45,862 nucleotides of DNA from Bacteroidota bacterium (GTDB taxonomy: Bacteria > Bacteroidota > Bacteroidia > Bacteroidales > VadinHA17), in the NCBI GenBank assembly GCA_051748705.1, contig JBNJHQ010000001.1:1-45862 (forward strand), in the 5' to 3' direction. Shown piece by piece: positions 7,616-16,235 of the stretch (positions are counted from its first letter, which is position 1; every line of letters starts with the position of its first letter). Both the position numbers and the translations under genes were made by a program. The notes beneath the pieces are model-generated. The model did not search any database and had not been told where the DNA came from. It was given only the letters and a program-made list of their open reading frames with translations.

Positions 7616-10600
7616 ATGCGTCCATACAAGACCTTTCTTATTTTCCTGGTCTTATTGCTCTTTCTCTATGGGCCCTCACTTTTTATTCATGAGCCGGTAA
7701 AAATAGCACCCGGCATATCACTTAGCTGGCCTGATATTAATAAGCTTATTAAGGGGATCAAAGAGGAGGGTGAGCATAGTAAAACAACAGCCCTGGCCGA
7801 TACGGTGGTAGCCCGCAACCAGGCATTAAGCCACGATACAAATGAAAGCCCTGTACCCGATGATAAGACAATAGCCGGCCAGCCAGGTTTTGCCGGGTCG
7901 ACAATTACAAACAGCTCCGAGAACAGCATGGGTCCACCGGTCTTCACAGAGACTGGCCCTGCCCGCACTGGCCCGGTAAACATAAAAAGCGGCGAGAGTT
8001 CTCTGTTTGATTTTTCGGACTCCCTGGCATATACCGCCTCATTGAATAAATTACTCGGGAATGATACAGGGCGCCTGAGGCTTATGTATTATGGCGATTC
8101 CCAGCTTGAAGGCGACAGGATTACATGCCGTTTGAGGGAGGAGTTGCGTAAAATACTGCCCGGCACAGGACCCGGCTTACTGAGCATAACACCGCTGGTG
8201 CCCTATACAAGAACGTCCTATGTCAGGTCATCAGCCAACTGGCAGTCTTATGACTATCTTAAGTACAGGGATGGACTGGTAGACCATAACAGCCTGGGAC
8301 CCATGATGAGTGTCAGCCGTTTTACTGAACCCGGTGCCAGTGCAGAAACAACCACAACAGCCTGGTTCAGCGTTGAACCTTCTATGTTTGCCGATACATT
8401 ATCAGCCACCTATAATGTGTTTCGCCTATTCTACGGTAATCTGAAAGACACACTGCATATTGAAATTCATACAGGTAAAGGCTTATTAAAAAGAGATACC
8501 CTTTTCCCATCGGCCCGTGAAAGTGAATATCTTATCAGGCTCGACTCATCAAATTTCCTCAGGCTTGTCTTCGAGGCTGAAACAAGTCCTGATTTCTATG
8601 GATTCAGCCTTGAAAGCAGCAGTGGTGCCATAGTGGATAATATCCCGAGAAGGGGTAGTGCGGGATTTGAATACACCATGATGTCAGGCGATAACCTGGA
8701 AGCTTTATACTCTATGTTAAGTCCCGATATCATGGTACTGCATTACGGGCTTAACGTAGTTTTGAATGTGAGGTCAAGCTATAAGTATTACGAGGACGGT
8801 TTATACCAGCAGCTGGAAATGCTGAAGGATCTTTGCCCGGAAACAGTAATTATCCTGCTTGGGATTACCGACATGGCACACCGGGTTGGTGGGGAGTTTC
8901 AGTCATATGAAAATATTCCCCTCATCCGGGATGCCCAGAAGAGGGCAGCTGAAAGGGCAGGTGTTTTATTCTGGGATTCATGGCAGGCCATGGGGGGCAG
9001 GAATTCAATAATTGAATGGAGCCGGAAAGACCCGCCCCTGGCAGCCGATGACTATACCCACCTTACCTATGCCGGGGGTGATACACTGGCCGATATGTTG
9101 CTCAGGGATATCCTTTCCGGCAGGATGACCCTCTATGCTGATATGCCCGAAACAGAGGAAAAGCCAGGTACGGTCCATGCTGACAGCCATGGTAAAGAAA
9201 CTGTCATTGAGGGTGATGCGAGGGGAGATGCCGGGCATATTATCAGTGCCCTGCTCTCCTATGACCAGGGCAAACCCCTGATATTCTCAAGGGCATCTTT
9301 CTGGATCTTCCTGTTCGGGCTTATGCTGTTTTACAGCCTCCTGTTCAAAAAACCTTTGTTCAGAAACACATATCTCTTCCTTTTCAGCCTGTTCTTTTAC
9401 TATAAATCAGGCGGGGTATTCTTTTTCCTCCTGATAATCTCCACGCTGACAGATTATTCAACAGGACTGATAATACACAGGGCAAGAAGGAAGACTGTCA
9501 GGAAGCTATTCGTTTTTCTTAGTTTGCTGGTTAACCTGGGCATGCTGTCCTATTTCAAATATACAGGATTCTTCACCGGTATTTTCAATGATATTTTTAA
9601 TACAGAGCTGCCTGTAATTGATTGGGTTGCCGCTGTATCAAACTTCTATTTCGGGACGGGTTTCAATATTGATGTAATTCTGCTGCCGGTAGGGATCTCC
9701 TTTTTTACTTTCCAGACCATAAGTTATACGATGGATGTGTACAGGGGAAAGACCGAACCGGTAAGAAACATCCTTGATTTCGGTTTTTATGTTTCATTTT
9801 TTCCGCAGCTTGTTGCCGGTCCAATTGTCAGGGCCTCTGAATTTGTTCCACAGCTTTATGCTCCCTTCAGACTATCCGGCAGGGAATGGGGTCATGCCCT
9901 TTTCCTGATCATTGGAGGCCTGATAAAGAAAATTATCATTTCCGATTTTATTTCAGTGAATTTTGTTGACAGGGTATTTGATACCCCCTTAATGTATTCG
10001 GGCCTGGAAAATCTTATGGCAATTTATGGCTACGGGCTCCAGATATATTGTGATTTTTCGGGCTACACTGACATAGCCATAGGTATTGCACTGATGCTTG
10101 GCTACAGGCTGCCTGTTAACTTTAACTCGCCCTACAAGGCACATAATTTGAGCGATTTCTGGCGCAGGTGGCATATATCCCTGTCGCGCTGGTTAAGGGA
10201 TTATTTATATATTTCACTGGGAGGGAACCGGAAGGGTAATACACGGACCTATCTGAATTTAATGATCACAATGTTGCTGGGGGGCTTATGGCACGGGGCT
10301 GCCTGGAGGTTTGTACTGTGGGGAGGCCTCCACGGGCTGGGTCTTGCGGTGAATAAGGCCTGGTTGCTATTGTTCCCCGGAAGGAAGAGACCTGGCAGGA
10401 TAAAAAGGCTTGTATCGGTTTTTATTACCTTTAATTTTGTAAGCTTCTGCTGGATATTTTTCAGGGCTGCCGACCTTGATAGCGTTATGGTGATCCTGAG
10501 GCAGGTGTTTACGGCCTTCAGCCCCGGTAACCTGGTGAATGTTTTTACTGCTTACAGCCAGGTGATAATAATTATGTTATGCGGGTATATTCTTCATTTC

Positions 10601-10747
10601 CTTCCTGTAAAGATAAAAGAATCATACCGGGGCCTGTTTATCAGCTTACCCCTGGTGGTTAAGATAGTACTTGTTTACCTGGTGGCTCTTGTTTTGTATA
10701 ATGTTCAGTCAGCAGATATACAGCCATTTATTTATTTCAGGTTCTAA
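7616..10747 (+). CDS. Fusion protein: N-terminal membrane anchor + periplasmic SGNH/GDSL-like domain + C-terminal MBOAT (AlgI/DltB/PatA-type) O-acyltransferase
   Basis: Uninterrupted 1043-aa ORF. There is a TM at residues ~5-24. SGNH-like blocks: YYGDSQLEGD (Ser162, nt 8099-8101), HYGLNVV, DDYTHLTYAGGD (Asp479/His482). From about residue 555 there is a polytopic MBOAT with WRRWHISLSRWLRDYLYISLGGNR and LLGGLWHGAAW. Confidence 0.8.
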   Translation: MRPYKTFLIFLVLLLFLYGPSLFIHEPVKIAPGISLSWPDINKLIKGIKEEGEHSKTTALADTVVARNQALSHDTNESPVPDDKTIAGQPGFAGSTITNSSENSMGPPVFTETGPARTGPVNIKSGESSLFDFSDSLAYTASLNKLLGNDTGRLRLMYYGDSQLEGDRITCRLREELRKILPGTGPGLLSITPLVPYTRTSYVRSSANWQSYDYLKYRDGLVDHNSLGPMMSVSRFTEPGASAETTTTAWFSVEPSMFADTLSATYNVFRLFYGNLKDTLHIEIHTGKGLLKRDTLFPSARESEYLIRLDSSNFLRLVFEAETSPDFYGFSLESSSGAIVDNIPRRGSAGFEYTMMSGDNLEALYSMLSPDIMVLHYGLNVVLNVRSSYKYYEDGLYQQLEMLKDLCPETVIILLGITDMAHRVGGEFQSYENIPLIRDAQKRAAERAGVLFWDSWQAMGGRNSIIEWSRKDPPLAADDYTHLTYAGGDTLADMLLRDILSGRMTLYADMPETEEKPGTVHADSHGKETVIEGDARGDAGHIISALLSYDQGKPLIFSRASFWIFLFGLMLFYSLLFKKPLFRNTYLFLFSLFFYYKSGGVFFFLLIISTLTDYSTGLIIHRARRKTVRKLFVFLSLLVNLGMLSYFKYTGFFTGIFNDIFNTELPVIDWVAAVSNFYFGTGFNIDVILLPVGISFFTFQTISYTMDVYRGKTEPVRNILDFGFYVSFFPQLVAGPIVRASEFVPQLYAPFRLSGREWGHALFLIIGGLIKKIIISDFISVNFVDRVFDTPLMYSGLENLMAIYGYGLQIYCDFSGYTDIAIGIALMLGYRLPVNFNSPYKAHNLSDFWRRWHISLSRWLRDYLYISLGGNRKGNTRTYLNLMITMLLGGLWHGAAWRFVLWGGLHGLGLAVNKAWLLLFPGRKRPGRIKRLVSVFITFNFVSFCWIFFRAADLDSVMVILRQVFTAFSPGNLVNVFTAYSQVIIIMLCGYILHFLPVKIKESYRGLFISLPLVVKIVLVYLVALVLYNVQSADIQPFIYFRF

Positions 10748-10867
10748 AGTTGAGCATGCTTCAGCACCCGGGCACGGCTTTTCAGGAAAATATTCTGGAA
10801 ATACTCTTCGCCACCTGTTTCAGAAGCCAGGGCTTCATCACCGGGGTCTGTTGCTTTCCAGGGTTTT

Positions 10868-12097
10868 CTACAGGTATTCTTCGCCCCCTGATGCGGAACC
10901 GGTAAAAGGAGCCACTGCTCTCCTGTATATACCCTGTACCCATGCAATTGCCATCCCGTAGTTGGTCACCGGTATGCCTGCTTCAATAGCAGGTCTGATC
11001 CTGTTGTTCAGTTGTTTACGTGTTATCATACATCCTCCGCACTGTATAAGCAGTGAATAATCGTTCATGTCCACTGGCAATGCATCCAGTCCGGCAACAA
11101 CATCAAAATGAAGCTTTTTACCGGTGAAGTTACTTATCCACCTGGGTATCTTTATCCGGCCAATATCATCACAGGCTACATGATGGGAGCATGATTCAAG
11201 CAGTAAAATACGATCCCCGTTTTCCAGGTCTGATATTTTTGGAGTGCCCCTGAGATAAGCCTCGAAATCCCCTTTAAGTCGCGCAAGGGCTATGCTGAAG
11301 CTTGTAAGGGGTATATCTGGAGGTACTGAAGCATCAGCCTTGACAAATACCTGGGAATCGGTAATGGCAAGCACCGGTTTAACAGATGATCTTCTCAGAA
11401 AAGTATCTATTTCCCTTTCTTTCAGCACAATGGCAATGGCATCATTGTCGATAATATCCCTGATAGCCTGTACCTGGGGAAGGATCATCCTTCCCTCAGG
11501 GGCTTCTGTATCAATAGGAGTGATCAGCAGCACCAGGTCGCCCTGCTTAACCAGGTCGCCAAGCAGGGTGGGTGTTTTCAGTGCATGTTCGGGTATTGAT
11601 TGCCTTATTTCATTTATAAGCTCTTCGTAATTCTCTTTTGTCAGTGCAGAAAAGCTGATAATTTCTTTTCCCGTTGTTTTTCTTATTTCATCGATAAATC
11701 CCGCCTCCGGTTTCACGAGGTCAGCTTTGGTCTGGACAATAATATAGGGGGTATCTGATTTTCTGAAACGCTCAATTATCATCTCCTCGTACTCATTCCA
11801 TATATTATCGTTAAGCACAAGTATTCCCAGGTCGATTATGTCAAGGATCTTAAGGGATTTTTCCACGCGCTTGCTTCCAAGCTCCCCCGTATCGTCAATA
11901 CCTGCTGTATCGATAAGTATTACCGGACCAAAGCCCGTTATCTCGAATGATTTTTTTACCGGGTCGGTTGTTGTTCCTGCCTGTTCGGAGACGATGGCGA
12001 TATCCTGCCCGGCCAGGGCATTGATGAGGCTGCTCTTCCCGTTATTCCTTCTCCCGAATATACCTATATGTGGTGTATTTTCCCGCCCTTTCTTCAT
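10868..12097 (-). CDS. hydF: [FeFe]-hydrogenase H-cluster maturation GTPase HydF
   Basis: 409 aa. GTPase motifs: G1 GRRNNGKSS, G3 DTAG, G4 TKAD. The C-terminal Fe-S motif is C-S-H, then 46 residues, then Q-C-G-G-C. Confidence 0.88.
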   Translation of the reverse strand: MKKGRENTPHIGIFGRRNNGKSSLINALAGQDIAIVSEQAGTTTDPVKKSFEITGFGPVILIDTAGIDDTGELGSKRVEKSLKILDIIDLGILVLNDNIWNEYEEMIIERFRKSDTPYIIVQTKADLVKPEAGFIDEIRKTTGKEIISFSALTKENYEELINEIRQSIPEHALKTPTLLGDLVKQGDLVLLITPIDTEAPEGRMILPQVQAIRDIIDNDAIAIVLKEREIDTFLRRSSVKPVLAITDSQVFVKADASVPPDIPLTSFSIALARLKGDFEAYLRGTPKISDLENGDRILLLESCSHHVACDDIGRIKIPRWISNFTGKKLHFDVVAGLDALPVDMNDYSLLIQCGGCMITRKQLNNRIRPAIEAGIPVTNYGMAIAWVQGIYRRAVAPFTGSASGGEEYL

Positions 12098-12112
12098 GGC
12101 ACTTGCATTTAA

Positions 12113-13564
12113 TTAATGATCAACAGGACTGATATCTTCAAGTGAAAATCCCATTTTAAGCAGGTTACCTGCTTTTAGTATATTTTCCAGTTTACTCTTT
12201 TCAACATATCCAGTATGCTCGCAGGCCTCAAAAATATCCTTATTTTCTTTCTTCATATATTCTGCAATTTCACCGGCTTTGTCATAACCTATATAAGGTA
12301 TCAGTGCTGTGCTTATAACCGGGCTCTTAATCAATGTTTCATAAGATGCCTTCGGGTTTATCTTCAGGTCCTGTATCAGGTTTGCGGACAGGCTGTAATT
12401 TGCATTTATAAGCAATTTCAGACTTTCGAGGATACTGTGACCAATAAGCGGTAAATAAGGGTTAAGATCAAGGCAGCCCTGTCCGCACAGGTTACTTATA
12501 AGCATATCATTTGAATATACCCTGTGTGAAGTGCTTATTACGAATTCAGGTATAACGGGATTAACCTTTGCCGGCATCAGGGAACTGCCGGTCTGCCGCC
12601 ACGGGATGCTTACCAGTCCTGAAGCGCTTATGTCAGAAGACATAAGCCGTATATCCGAAGCTATCTTTTCCAGGTTAACGGCATGTGCTTTCAGAGTGGC
12701 ATGTACTTCAACCCATTTGTCAGTGTTGGAGGTAGCATCATGGAGATTTTCGCTCCTGCTGAGCGGAAGTGAAGTAAGCTGTCGCAGTTCGGGTACAGCT
12801 TCAATAATGAAGAAGCGGGGTATTGCAAGACCGCTTCCCGTTGCCCCGCCCCCCAGATTGACCACCTTGATCCTCTCCTTGCATTTTGAAACCCTCCACC
12901 AGTCACGTGACAGGGCATCGTTATATGTGCTGAACATTTTACCGAAGGATGAGGGCACCGCTTCCTGCATCTGGGTGTAACCCGGGCGGAGGTATTCACG
13001 GTATTTTGTTTCAAGGCCTTCAATATTTTTCCTGAGGGTATTTATGGCCTCCTCCAGTTCATCAAGAAGTGTCATGGCAGCCACGGTGAGGGCAGTGGGT
13101 ATGACGTCATTTGTTGACTGGTAAATATTTGCATGCTCAATGGGATGGATGATGCTATATGAGCCTGCATTATTACCGCTGTTTATAAGAGCGGCATTGG
13201 TGATTATCTCATTGATATTCATGTTTATGCTGGTGCCGGCCCCTCCCTGTATCGCCGGGATGATAAAATGACTGAAATACAGGCCCTCCGACACTTCTAT
13301 TGCAGCATTTTCGAGTGCGTCTATTTTATCGGCCGGGATAATTTTGAGGGGACTCCCATCGGGATATTTCTTTAGTATGGCTGCACAGAAGCGCCTGTAT
13401 ACGCGGTAACAGGCTTGTTTAACAAGACCTGTTGCCCTGTACCATTCTTTATGAAAAGGAATATCTCCCGGGAAGTTTTCCTTTGCCCTGACCGAGTTGA
13501 TGCCATACAAAGCTTCTTCCGGTATTTTTACTTCACCAAGCTTATCTGTTTCAATGCGATCCAT
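12113..13564 (-). CDS. Aspartate ammonia-lyase family protein (fumarase/aspartase superfamily)
   Basis: SS-loop signature TGSSLMPAKVNPVIPE is aspartase-like because it has A rather than G before K. Also has QSTNDVIP and GGAGTSINMN. Start moved from TTG 13573 to ATG 13564 (MDRIETDKLGEVKIPEEALYG aligns with aspartase N-termini). The stop lies 15 nt before the hydF ATG. Confidence 0.85.
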   Translation of the reverse strand: MDRIETDKLGEVKIPEEALYGINSVRAKENFPGDIPFHKEWYRATGLVKQACYRVYRRFCAAILKKYPDGSPLKIIPADKIDALENAAIEVSEGLYFSHFIIPAIQGGAGTSINMNINEIITNAALINSGNNAGSYSIIHPIEHANIYQSTNDVIPTALTVAAMTLLDELEEAINTLRKNIEGLETKYREYLRPGYTQMQEAVPSSFGKMFSTYNDALSRDWWRVSKCKERIKVVNLGGGATGSGLAIPRFFIIEAVPELRQLTSLPLSRSENLHDATSNTDKWVEVHATLKAHAVNLEKIASDIRLMSSDISASGLVSIPWRQTGSSLMPAKVNPVIPEFVISTSHRVYSNDMLISNLCGQGCLDLNPYLPLIGHSILESLKLLINANYSLSANLIQDLKINPKASYETLIKSPVISTALIPYIGYDKAGEIAEYMKKENKDIFEACEHTGYVEKSKLENILKAGNLLKMGFSLEDISPVDH

Positions 13565-13588
13565 TGTCTTCAAATTAGTGCACGCTCA

Positions 13589-13596
13589 CAAATTTA
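13589..13596 (-). promoter_or_regulatory. Candidate -7 box TAAATTTG for the lyase-hydF pair
   Basis: Forward caaattta gives TAAATTTG on the minus strand, 25 nt upstream of ATG 13564. Confidence 0.3.
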
Positions 13597-13632
13597 GTCA
13601 AAAAAATGCAGTAAGTTTCAAGGCCCGGGTAA

Positions 13633-14925
13633 TCAGTTTCCGAAGCGTGGATTTACAACATTATTGTATATTGAACCGAATGAATAGGTAAGGCCCAGCT
13701 CAAATGAATATGAGTAAGTTGTTTTTAATGCTCTCTGACGGGTAAGAACTTCCTGTTCAGTTGCATCACCCTTTACCAGGTTACGTTGATCATGTATGAG
13801 GTTAGCCCTTGCCTGGACGTTTACCGACAGGCCTTTATAAATCCTGTAATTGATCCTGGACCACAGTCCAAGGTTATTTTCCGAAAAATCGTGGAGGTAG
13901 TTAGACCAGGTCATTGACAGGTATCCTGATCCCCAGGGCTGGTTAAAACCCAGTGATGTACTGAGATAATGGCTGAAAAGGAACTCGCTGGTGACAAAGA
14001 AAGTCGTTGTGTCGTTGTAATTATTATACCTGGCATTAATACCGTATTGTATCCTGAACTGTCTTTTAAAGGACTCTTCATATGGGAAGAGGTTATATTC
14101 AATTGCAGGTCCCACACCTGTTGACAGCTTATAATTATTATATGTATCACTTTCAATTGATGCCCTGCCCCCTGCAGACCACTTATGACCCAGACTTTTT
14201 ACCAGGAGGGTGCTCATGCGCCAGTTCTCCCTGTAGGATTTACTGTTGGTGCTTGTATAATAAGTCTGCCTGTTGGTATACCTGATGTCAAATTCCATTT
14301 TTATTTCTTCTGTTACCCTGTCGGCAGACAGTGATGTCCTGATGTTTGATGTTTCGTAGTTTTCATCTTTATTAAATTCACCTGAACCATTTAGCCTGAA
14401 CATCCAGCTATTCCATGGATCACCCTCCACTCTGCCTTTGAGCATATTGTTGCCACCATTTTTACCTGTGTCATCTTCATAAGTGATCCTTATATTTTTA
14501 CTCATGGGAGTGCGGGCAACAAATTTCATCAATCCCATTGCTATTATATTACCCCTTCCTCTCCTTGTCTCATCGGCCGTTTCATCAACGGGAGAGAAAA
14601 ATATCATTTCTTCCTGTATATCTGCAAACTCACCCTGTCCTATGAAGTTGAATATGTATTCGCCTCCCCCTCCTCCTGTCACTCTCCTGCGAACAAGGAT
14701 ATGAACATCGGCTTCATCCTTATTATTGACATAATTGACAAAGGGTATTGTTTGCTTGATATAATTCCTGTCGCACCATCTGCAATCCAGGAATATGTTC
14801 AGTGCCTGCTGGCGCAGGTTTGTGCTATTGTTTTCACTGTCATTTGTTTTATTAAGGGCTTTATCCTGGCCAGGGGCGACAAGGGTTATAGCACAAAACA
14901 GTATCAGGGTACAATATCTAAGCAT
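13633..14925 (-). CDS. Putative outer-membrane protein of unknown family (N-terminal soluble domain + predicted beta-barrel)
   Basis: Start moved from TTG 14934 to ATG 14925. Signal peptide MLRYCTLILFCAITLVAPG|Q. The N-terminal domain has a C-R-W-C pair and a GGGGGEY loop. The C-terminal ~270 aa show alternating aromatic/polar strands rich in Y, N, S and T, ending ...GLTYSFGSIYNNVVNPRFGN. I do not recognise a named family. Confidence 0.5.
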   Translation of the reverse strand: MLRYCTLILFCAITLVAPGQDKALNKTNDSENNSTNLRQQALNIFLDCRWCDRNYIKQTIPFVNYVNNKDEADVHILVRRRVTGGGGGEYIFNFIGQGEFADIQEEMIFFSPVDETADETRRGRGNIIAMGLMKFVARTPMSKNIRITYEDDTGKNGGNNMLKGRVEGDPWNSWMFRLNGSGEFNKDENYETSNIRTSLSADRVTEEIKMEFDIRYTNRQTYYTSTNSKSYRENWRMSTLLVKSLGHKWSAGGRASIESDTYNNYKLSTGVGPAIEYNLFPYEESFKRQFRIQYGINARYNNYNDTTTFFVTSEFLFSHYLSTSLGFNQPWGSGYLSMTWSNYLHDFSENNLGLWSRINYRIYKGLSVNVQARANLIHDQRNLVKGDATEQEVLTRQRALKTTYSYSFELGLTYSFGSIYNNVVNPRFGN

Positions 14926-14953
14926 GTCAGTCAAACTCTGTTCAGGTAAGCTG

Positions 14954-14961
14954 CAAATCTA
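14954..14961 (-). promoter_or_regulatory. Candidate -7 box TAGATTTG for the outer-membrane protein gene
   Basis: Forward caaatcta gives TAGATTTG on the minus strand, 29 nt upstream of ATG 14925. Confidence 0.3.
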
Positions 14962-15023
14962 CCTAAATTCCTGATTTATCCGGCCCGTGGCGTTGTTAAA
15001 AAAAGTTAAGCTGATAAAGGGAT

Positions 15024-16196
15024 TTAATTATTAGCTGAAATGGGATGTGCATAGGCAATTACATCCTTGCCGGTAATTTTTTCGGGACACAGTATAATTA
15101 GTCTTTCCAGCACGTTCCTGAATTCCCTTATGTTACCTGTCCATTCTATTTTTTTCAGTTCTTTAATGGCACTTTCTTCTATTGTTCTGAGGCTGACCCC
15201 GTATTCATGGCATATAAGACTGTTAAAATGTTCAGCAAGCAATGGTACGTCATCGATCCTGTCATTGAGTCGCGGTACATCAATAAGTATGACGCTCAGG
15301 CGGTGATACAGGTCTTCCCTGAACCTGTTTTTCTCAATTTCTTCGCTTATATTCTTGTTTGTTGCTGCAATAACCCTGACATCTACCCTTATATCCTTAT
15401 CTGAGCCCACGCGTGATATCTTATTTTCCTGCAAGGCCCTCAGTACTTTAGCCTGTGCCGGGAGACTCATATCTCCTATTTCATCGAGAAATATGGTTCC
15501 GTCATTTGCCTGCTCGAATTTACCTATCCTCTGTTTATGAGCAGAAGTGAAAGAGCCCTTTTCATGCCCGAAGAGCTCACTCTCAATGAGTTCTGAAGGG
15601 ATGGCCGCGCAGTTCACTTCCACGAAAGGCCCCTTTGAACGCATACTCTTCTCATGTATCTGGTGGGCCACAAGTTCTTTACCCGTTCCGCTGGCGCCCG
15701 TTATCAATACCCGTGCTTCAGTGGGAGCTATTCTGTCAATCATTTCCTTCACCCTTACTATTGCTTCTGACTCACCCACTATATCAAACTTTTTGTTTAC
15801 CTGTTTCTTCAGGGTCTTGGTCTGTGTTATCAGCGTTGACTTATCCATGGCATTTCTCATGGTAATCAATAGCCTGTTAAGGTCGAGTGGCTTTTCCAGG
15901 AAATCAAAGGCTCCCTTTTTTATTGCTTCAACAGCTGTATCGATATTCCCATGGCCTGATATCATAATGACAGGTATATCGTCAGCCATCCCCTGGATTT
16001 TCTCAAGTACTTCTATGCCATCCATCTTATCCATCTTGATATCGCAGAGGATAACATCGTAGTCATTTTCTCCGAACAGTTCCAGCCCGCCGGGGCCGTC
16101 TTCTGCAAGGTCGACCTCATGCTTCTCGTACTCAAGCACTTCTTTGAGGGTATTCCTTATTGCTTTCTCATCGTCTATTACCAGTACTTTTGCCAT
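15024..16196 (-). CDS. Sigma-54-dependent response regulator (REC + AAA+ activator domain) lacking a C-terminal HTH
   Basis: REC domain: VLVIDDE...DVILCDIKMDKMDG...KGAFDFLEKP. AAA+ domain: Walker A GASGTGKE, Walker B TIFLDEIG, sigma-54 contact loop ESELFGHEKGSFTSA (a GAFTGA variant). The protein ends at residue 390, right after the AAA+ lid (NIREFRNVLERLII...), with no Fis-type HTH. Confidence 0.9.
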   Translation of the reverse strand: MAKVLVIDDEKAIRNTLKEVLEYEKHEVDLAEDGPGGLELFGENDYDVILCDIKMDKMDGIEVLEKIQGMADDIPVIMISGHGNIDTAVEAIKKGAFDFLEKPLDLNRLLITMRNAMDKSTLITQTKTLKKQVNKKFDIVGESEAIVRVKEMIDRIAPTEARVLITGASGTGKELVAHQIHEKSMRSKGPFVEVNCAAIPSELIESELFGHEKGSFTSAHKQRIGKFEQANDGTIFLDEIGDMSLPAQAKVLRALQENKISRVGSDKDIRVDVRVIAATNKNISEEIEKNRFREDLYHRLSVILIDVPRLNDRIDDVPLLAEHFNSLICHEYGVSLRTIEESAIKELKKIEWTGNIREFRNVLERLIILCPEKITGKDVIAYAHPISANN

Positions 16197-16235
16197 TCGG
16201 GATTCAGGTTTTCACTTGTTTAGCCTTTCGATCGA

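Noticed and set aside
12097-12107. TGGCACTTGCA, resembling the sigma-54 -24/-12 elements
   Set aside because: The two elements abut instead of being separated by ~5 nt (GG-N10-GC spacing is violated). The sequence overlaps the hydF start codon on the wrong strand for any downstream gene. Other TGGCAC hits (8877, 10286, 24446) also lack a properly spaced TTGC.
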